NCBI GenBank assembly: GCA_004431415.1
Contig: QPMI01000691.1
Coordinates: 1 to 64,000 of the forward strand
Source: Cyanophora paradoxa CCMP329
Taxonomy: Eukaryota > Plantae > Glaucophyta
Length of the DNA stretch: 64,000 nucleotides
Direction of reading: 5' to 3'
A model generated the notes under the pieces. It was given only the letters and a program-made list of their open reading frames with translations. It was not told where the DNA came from and did not search any database. The first letter of the stretch is position 1, and each line of letters begins with the position of its first letter. A program made the translations under genes and the position numbers. Positions 58,335 to 64,000 of the stretch are shown one piece after another.

Positions 58335-58899
58335 ATACTCCGCGAAGCCTAGCAGCGGTGCAATGCACGCCAAGCCTCGCGACGTCGTCCCTGCTGCACG
58401 CTAACTACCCAAGAGGCTCATGATCAGCGAGCCGGGCTCATGCTCTTCTAGCCGACCTCACTGCTGATCGTGATGCTGCAGAGCATGCTGCTGCTCAGCT
58501 GCGTCGGACCCGGAACGCGTCAGACGGTCGGCATGCAACGCGCGGCTGCGCAGCGAGGCGCCGGGCGTCTGCAACTGACAGGTGCAGCTGCACTGCTGCT
58601 GCAGGCATCCGATGATCGCATCCCTGGCCAGGCGCCGATTCCCAGGCCTAGGGGCCCATGGGCCATGGTCAGACCCCCGTACCGAAATTTTCGAGCAAGA
58701 TACCGGTAAATGCCGGCTGCGGTTGGATCAAAAGTCAATCGTCAGTCTGGTGACGCCAATCCTGACGATGCGCGCACGAGAAAAAAACGCGGTCTCAGCA
58801 AGCGCCGGCCCGGGTACACTCCTTGGCCTCGAGTTCTTGTACCCCTGCAAGCCGGGCCCAGCTTCAGCCCAGCTTTTGCTCTCCGAGCCGCTCGTTCCG

Positions 58900-61800
58900 A
58901 TGACGAGAGGCCGGCGCGGCTATCTAGGCAGGCCCGTCCGCCTCCTCGTTGTGGGCGTCGGGCAGCGCGGCGAGAACTACGCGCTGTACGCAGCCGAGAG
59001 ACCCGGAAGAGCGCTCCTCGTCGGCATCGCGGTGCGCTCTCATTGCCTGCGCTGGCGAGAGCGCCAGCAGCGCTTCTCCTCAGGCGCGCCCCGCAGGATC
59101 CGCGGGCCTTCCGCAGGGAGCGCGTGCTGCGAGAGTTTGCAAACCAGGACCCGCCTGTGGACCCCGATCAGGTCTTCACGGTCCGCAGCAGCTGAGGCGC
59201 CCGCGTACGCGGCCCGCGGCGCCGAGTTCCGATCTGGATTCGCAGGACTGGAGGGAGGCAGCGGCGAGGCCGAAGTTTGCGGACGCTGTGATCATCGCCA
59301 CTCAAGACAGCGACCACGTGGAGCCCGCTGTCGCGTTCGCGAGGCTCGGGTGCGCGCCCGCCTCTGAGTTCATATGTATGTGCGGATCGAATTCGATCCC
59401 CGCGGCCCTGCGCAGCTATGACATCTTCCTTGAGAAGCCGGTGCGCGCCCGCGCGGCCGAGCGTCGCGCCACTGAGACCCGCGCCGCGCCGCCGGCCCCG
59501 CGCCGCAGATGGCTCTCACCGAATCGGACTGCGGCCGTATAGTCGATGCGGTGCATACGTTCGTCGCCCGCCGCGCTGCGCCCTTCGTTCTCAGTCGCCG
59601 AGGTGCAGGTGAAGGAGGCGGGGGTATTCCTCTCCGTGGCGCACGTGATGCGGTACACCCCCTACAGCCGCGAGCTCCGCGACCTCGCACAGAACGCCAT
59701 TGGCGAGGTGCGCCCCGGCGCAGAACGGAGAGCGCAGTACCCCCGTCTGATCCCCCCCCCCCCTAGGTCGTCTCGGTGCAGCATCTCGAGCCGATCGGCC
59801 ACTGGCACTACGCCCACTCGTCCGGCCGGCCCCGGCCCCGCACCACCACCCCCGCCTTATCTGTACCCCCAGCTATGTGCGCGGCAACTGGCGGCGCTCA
59901 GCTGACACCACGTGCGCCCTCCTTGCCAAGTCCTGCCACGACCTCGACTACATCCGGTACCCCTCCCCCTCCCCCTTCCGCCCCCCCCCCCCTTCTAACC
60001 CGTACCCAGGTACATCGTCGGCAAGCGCTGCCGCTCCGTGAGCCTTCTCCTCCCCTCCGACTCCCCTTGTCCCCCCCCCTCCCCCTCCCCCTCCGAATTT
60101 TCCCAGGTTTCGTCCTTCGGCAGCCTGAGGCATTTCCGTGCGGATAACAAGCCGGAGGGTACCTTGTTTTTCGGCCTCCGCCTGGCCGGCTGCTCCCGCC
60201 GCCTTTTAACCTCTTTCGGCGCAGGCGCCGCCGATCGCTGCGCCGACTGCCCGCCCCACGTTGAGGGACCATGCCCCTACTCGGCCAGGAAGGCACGCTA
60301 CCCCCCCCTCCCCCCCCTCCCGATTTCGTTTTCGGTACCCTCCGAGCCGGCGCCCCCCGCCCCGCAGGTATACATGGACCCCCTGAAGGGGGGGTACGAC
60401 CGCTGGCCCGTCAGCGTCGCCCTCGAGTCGGGCGCCGTTGCGGAGCTCGAGCCCGTGCGACTCAGTCGTACCCCTGCCCAGCTCCATCCCCCTTGACTCC
60501 CGGAGACCGCAGGCATCCGAGCCAGTCGAGCGGCTCCAGGCGGCACTGAGGGACGGTCCCTACGGCCGCTGCGTCTACGCGTGCGCTGTCCCCCCCCCCC
60601 CGGCCCGACGTACCCCCCTCCCTCCCCCTGAGGCCGCCCCGCCCCCGACCCGCAGCTGCGACAACGACGTCGTCGATAACCAGGTACCCCGAGAGCTCCG
60701 TACCCCCCTTGGCTCTCCTGTACCCCCCGGGATCCCAATGAGCGCAGGTCGTGAACTGCGAGTTCGAGGACGGCTCCACGGCCTCCTTCTCGATGGTCCC
60801 CCCCCTTTTCCTCCGAGCCCGGTTGGTCGCGAGTGTACCCCCTGATTCCCCCCCCCCCTCAGATCGCGTTCACGGAGGAAGTCTGCGTGCGGAAGACGCG
60901 GGTGTGCGGTACCCGGGGCGAGCTGGTGGGGGACGGCCGGTTCGCTCGCTTCGACGGCGTACCCGTGAACCTCTTCACCTGAGCCGGCGCAGGACGATCC
61001 GGCACTACGACTTCTCGTCGGGGCAGAGCAGGGCGCGCCCCTTTGAATTCCCTCTCCCCCTTCCCCCTGCCCGCCCGCCCTCCTGCCCGCCCTCCCCCCT
61101 AGACTCAAGCTTTAGCTTGCTAAGTGACGCCGCCTCAAACTCGACCTCGCCCCGCGCGCAGACGCTGGCGCCCGAGAGCGACCCGACCCTCCGCACCCGG
61201 CTCACAGGCGCCCCCGCCCCTCCCCTACCCCCCCTGGGCAACGCCCGCCCCCCGACGGCCTCCCCGGCCCCCCCCCGCAGGGCACGACATGGCGGACTAC
61301 TACATCGTGCACGCATTCATCGAGGCGTGCCTCACGGGGGACCCCTCCCACGTGCGCAGCATATCTATCTTATATATATCTATCATAGATCTATCGACTG
61401 CCATCATCATATCTAGCACAATTCGGGCGGTCTGCACACGTAGGCGGCTGCGGCCTGCGCATGCGCGCGCGCGTTCGTAGTCCATCGACACATAGGCGGC
61501 CTGCGCGCCTTCTTGCAACCCCCCCCCCCACCCCCTCCCCTTCCCCTCCCCTCCCCTCCCTCCCCCGCCCCGGCCCCCGGCCCGGCACGCATACAGCCAG
61601 CCAGCTTGTGCCCCGGGCTCAGATTTGATTTCATCTGATCTGATCTGATCTGATCTGATCTTCAGATCCTGAGCAGCGCCGACGAGGCCCTCGAGGCGCA
61701 CCGCATGGTCCGGCCCCGCCCCCCCCCTCCCCCCCCCTCCCCCCCTCGGGAGAGTTTCAAGGCTCGCTGCTTCTAGAAAGCTTCTGAGCAAATCAGAGCA

Positions 61801-62070
61801 AATTAGAGCTTAGAGCCCGCCCGCCCGCCCGCCCGCCCGCCCGCCCGCCGCCGTCCGCCCGCCTGCCCGCCTGCCCGCCCGGCGCCACTTGCTCGGCCCG
61901 GCCTGACGCGGGCGGCCCGGCAGGTGTTCGCGGCGGAGCGGGCGCGGCTCGAGCGGCGCGTCGTCGACCTCGCCGAGGGGGAGGGGCAGGGGCAGGGGCC
62001 GAAGCCCAAGGCGGGCGGCGCGGCAGTGGCGGGCCCGGCCGCCCCTTCGCGCACGCAGGACCTCTTCTGA
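58900..62070 (+). CDS. Host Gfo/Idh/MocA-family oxidoreductase, many short introns
   Basis: VVGVGQRG; [11 protein letters not shown]; IFLEKP; [10 protein letters not shown]; [14 protein letters not shown]|YVRGNWR; [10 protein letters not shown]; GPYGRCVY; CDNDVVDNQ. Confidence 0.92.
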
Positions 62071-62596
62071 TCCGGCGCGCGGAGCCGGGGCCGGGGCCGG
62101 GGCCGGGGCCGGCGCGGGGCCGGGGCCGGGACGCCCTCCTCCTCGTTGTTGTCGTCGTTCACTGAACCACACCAATGCGCTGGCGCTCGCACGCGTCTGC
62201 TCACCGGCGAGAAAGGTCTAGAGAGAGCAGAGCTCGAGATCTGTAGAGAGTCGACGTACGCGTCGCGGCGTAGGTAGTGACATGCATATGCATACGCATG
62301 GCGCTAGCCGGCGCCGCGCCTGCAGCTGCTTGCTGCCATGGCTCGCCGTACAGGCAGGTACATGCACGTGCTGGTTGTCGGTTGAGCGACCGAAGGGCTG
62401 AGCTCACTCCGAGGCCCCGGGTACCGGGAAACAGCGGCTCCAGCCGCAGCTGTGACGCACTTACTGCCCTTGCATACCCGCCCCGCCGATCATGAGCGTC
62501 GGCGCCGGCCGCATCTTGTGCAGGTAGTCCTGTCCGGGGGCCGGGCGCGTACGTGGGCGTGGCGCCGGCGTCAGGGCACCGGCGCGCGCATTGGCC

Positions 62597-64000
62597 ATGG
62601 CCAGCGGCCCGATGGCCCTTGAGGCCGGCTTCGCGGGTCCAGCTGCAGCTCCTGGGCCCAGATGGAGCAGCGGAGAGCCGAAGACCCGCGCGAATCCGCG
62701 CCCGAGCAGCGCCGCGGCCGCGGTTGCGGGATCCATGGCCAAAGCTGTGCTTCGTCCCGAGCGGGCGGATCGGGGCGGAAAGACCCGAAGCGGTTCCGCA
62801 CTCCTCAACGTGCTGGCGGAGCCGGACGCGGCCGGACGGGCGGAGGGCCCGCGGTCCCCGCGGCCGAGCTCCTTCGCGCTGTCAATGACTAGCAGCAGCA
62901 GCTCAGCCGCGCTCCTCGCCCCGAAACCGCCCCCTGCGCTGCCCCGCCGCGTCTCGGCCGCCGGCGCCGGGCGCCGCATCTCCGCCGTTGGGCGCACGCG
63001 CAGCGGCTCGTGGCTGCCCACGGTACGCGCGCATGCGGGTCGCCCCCGGCGCCGCGCGCGCCGGCCTACAGCTGACGCTCGAGCACTCGTCAACAGCCGG
63101 TACCCTCCGCGGGCCGCTTCGCCGCATCCTGCGCGGTCGTGCTCCTCGCCCCGTCCCTCGTCTCTGCCCTTCTCTGGATCGTGCCTTACGGCCAGTGCGC
63201 CCGCCCGCGCCCGCACCCGCACCCGCCCCGCCGCCCTGCGCCCCCCGCCTCCTAAGCCTCTTCTGCACCGTACCTCAGGATCTGGCCCCCCGCCCGCTGG
63301 AGCGTGACCTTCCTCGTCGCGCTGACCGTGCCCACCTGTACCCCCACCGCGCTTCGGTTTCCGCCGCCCCCTGATCGCTCCCCCCCGCCCCCTTCCCCCC
63401 CCTAGATGTACTTTCCCTGCGGCATCCTCACATGCTGGTGGTTCGCTCGCCCGCCCCGCAATCCATCTTAGCCCCCGCGCTCTCGCCTTCCCACCCCCTC
63501 GGGCCTCGAATACCGTACCCCCCCACCAGGCTCAACACGTACGCGGTCCTTCCGTTCTGCGTGGCGGCGTACACGCTGCTCGTCGTACCCCTCTTCCTCC
63601 TCATCGGCCAGATCCCCGGAGTCATCAACTTCCGGGGGGCCTTCGTGCGCACCCAGCTCGAAACGGGCCCCGCCGGGACCCGAACCGGACCCGCAGGTGC
63701 CGTACATCTGCACGTGGTTCGCCGTCGTGGGCCTCGTCTCGCGGGGCGCCCCCTCCTTCCTCTCGTTCCTCGAGCGCCGCGCCGCCCGCTGGGGGCGCCC
63801 GCCCCCGGCCCCCATCCGGCCCTCCCACGTGCGGCCGCCTCCTTCTCTGCCCGCCGGGGCCCGCGGGCGTCGGGGGTACAATCGCAAGCGACCGTGCGCG
63901 ACAGGTGGATCGGCTGGGGTACTGGAGCTTCGTTCTCCGCATGTCCCTCGTCTCCATCCTCGTCCTCTGCTGCCCCGGGTACAACTTTCGCCCTCGAAAC
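62597..64000 (+). CDS. Host multi-pass membrane protein (runs off the window)
   Basis: Disordered N-terminus, then hydrophobic exons (AVVLLAPSLVSALLWIV; AVLPFCVAAYTLLVVPLFLLIG; YICTWFAVVGLV). Confidence 0.5.

Noticed and set aside
34900-64000. Hundreds of overlapping Arg/Pro/Gly/Ala-rich ORFs
   Set aside because: Expected from stop-codon scarcity at very high GC; the real genes are spliced.

Overview
The window has three compositional zones. (1) 1-~20,340, moderately AT-rich and intronless: an endogenous Polinton-like virus (PLV)/Maverick. It carries a fibre gene, two divergent penton-like genes, a double-jelly-roll major capsid protein and an A32 packaging ATPase. A central repeat region follows, then a TVpol-SF3 helicase, protein-primed PolB, rve integrase and a prokaryotic-type SAM decarboxylase. 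Its left end lies outside the window, and its left part is riddled with frameshifts that look more like consensus errors than decay. (2) ~20,360-34,900, intermediate GC: a virus/mobile-element-like accessory island. It holds a SAM-fold protein, a Zn-finger protein, a Gly-rich fibre, an R-S-E ADP-ribosyltransferase and a 15-copy array of a palindromic 154-bp unit. It also holds four spliced genes sharing one promoter module: two ubiquitin-like-domain paralogues and two SIM-rich paralogues, one with PP1-docking motifs. This four-gene set is the best candidate for an undescribed system, a SUMO/ubiquitin/PP1-mimicry module. (3) ~34,900-64,000: very GC-rich, intron-dense eukaryotic host DNA with a SWIM-TPR gene, a Gfo/Idh/MocA oxidoreductase, membrane proteins and a tRNA-derived SINE-like insert. 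All calls come from motif reading by eye; no searches were run, and host gene boundaries are approximate.
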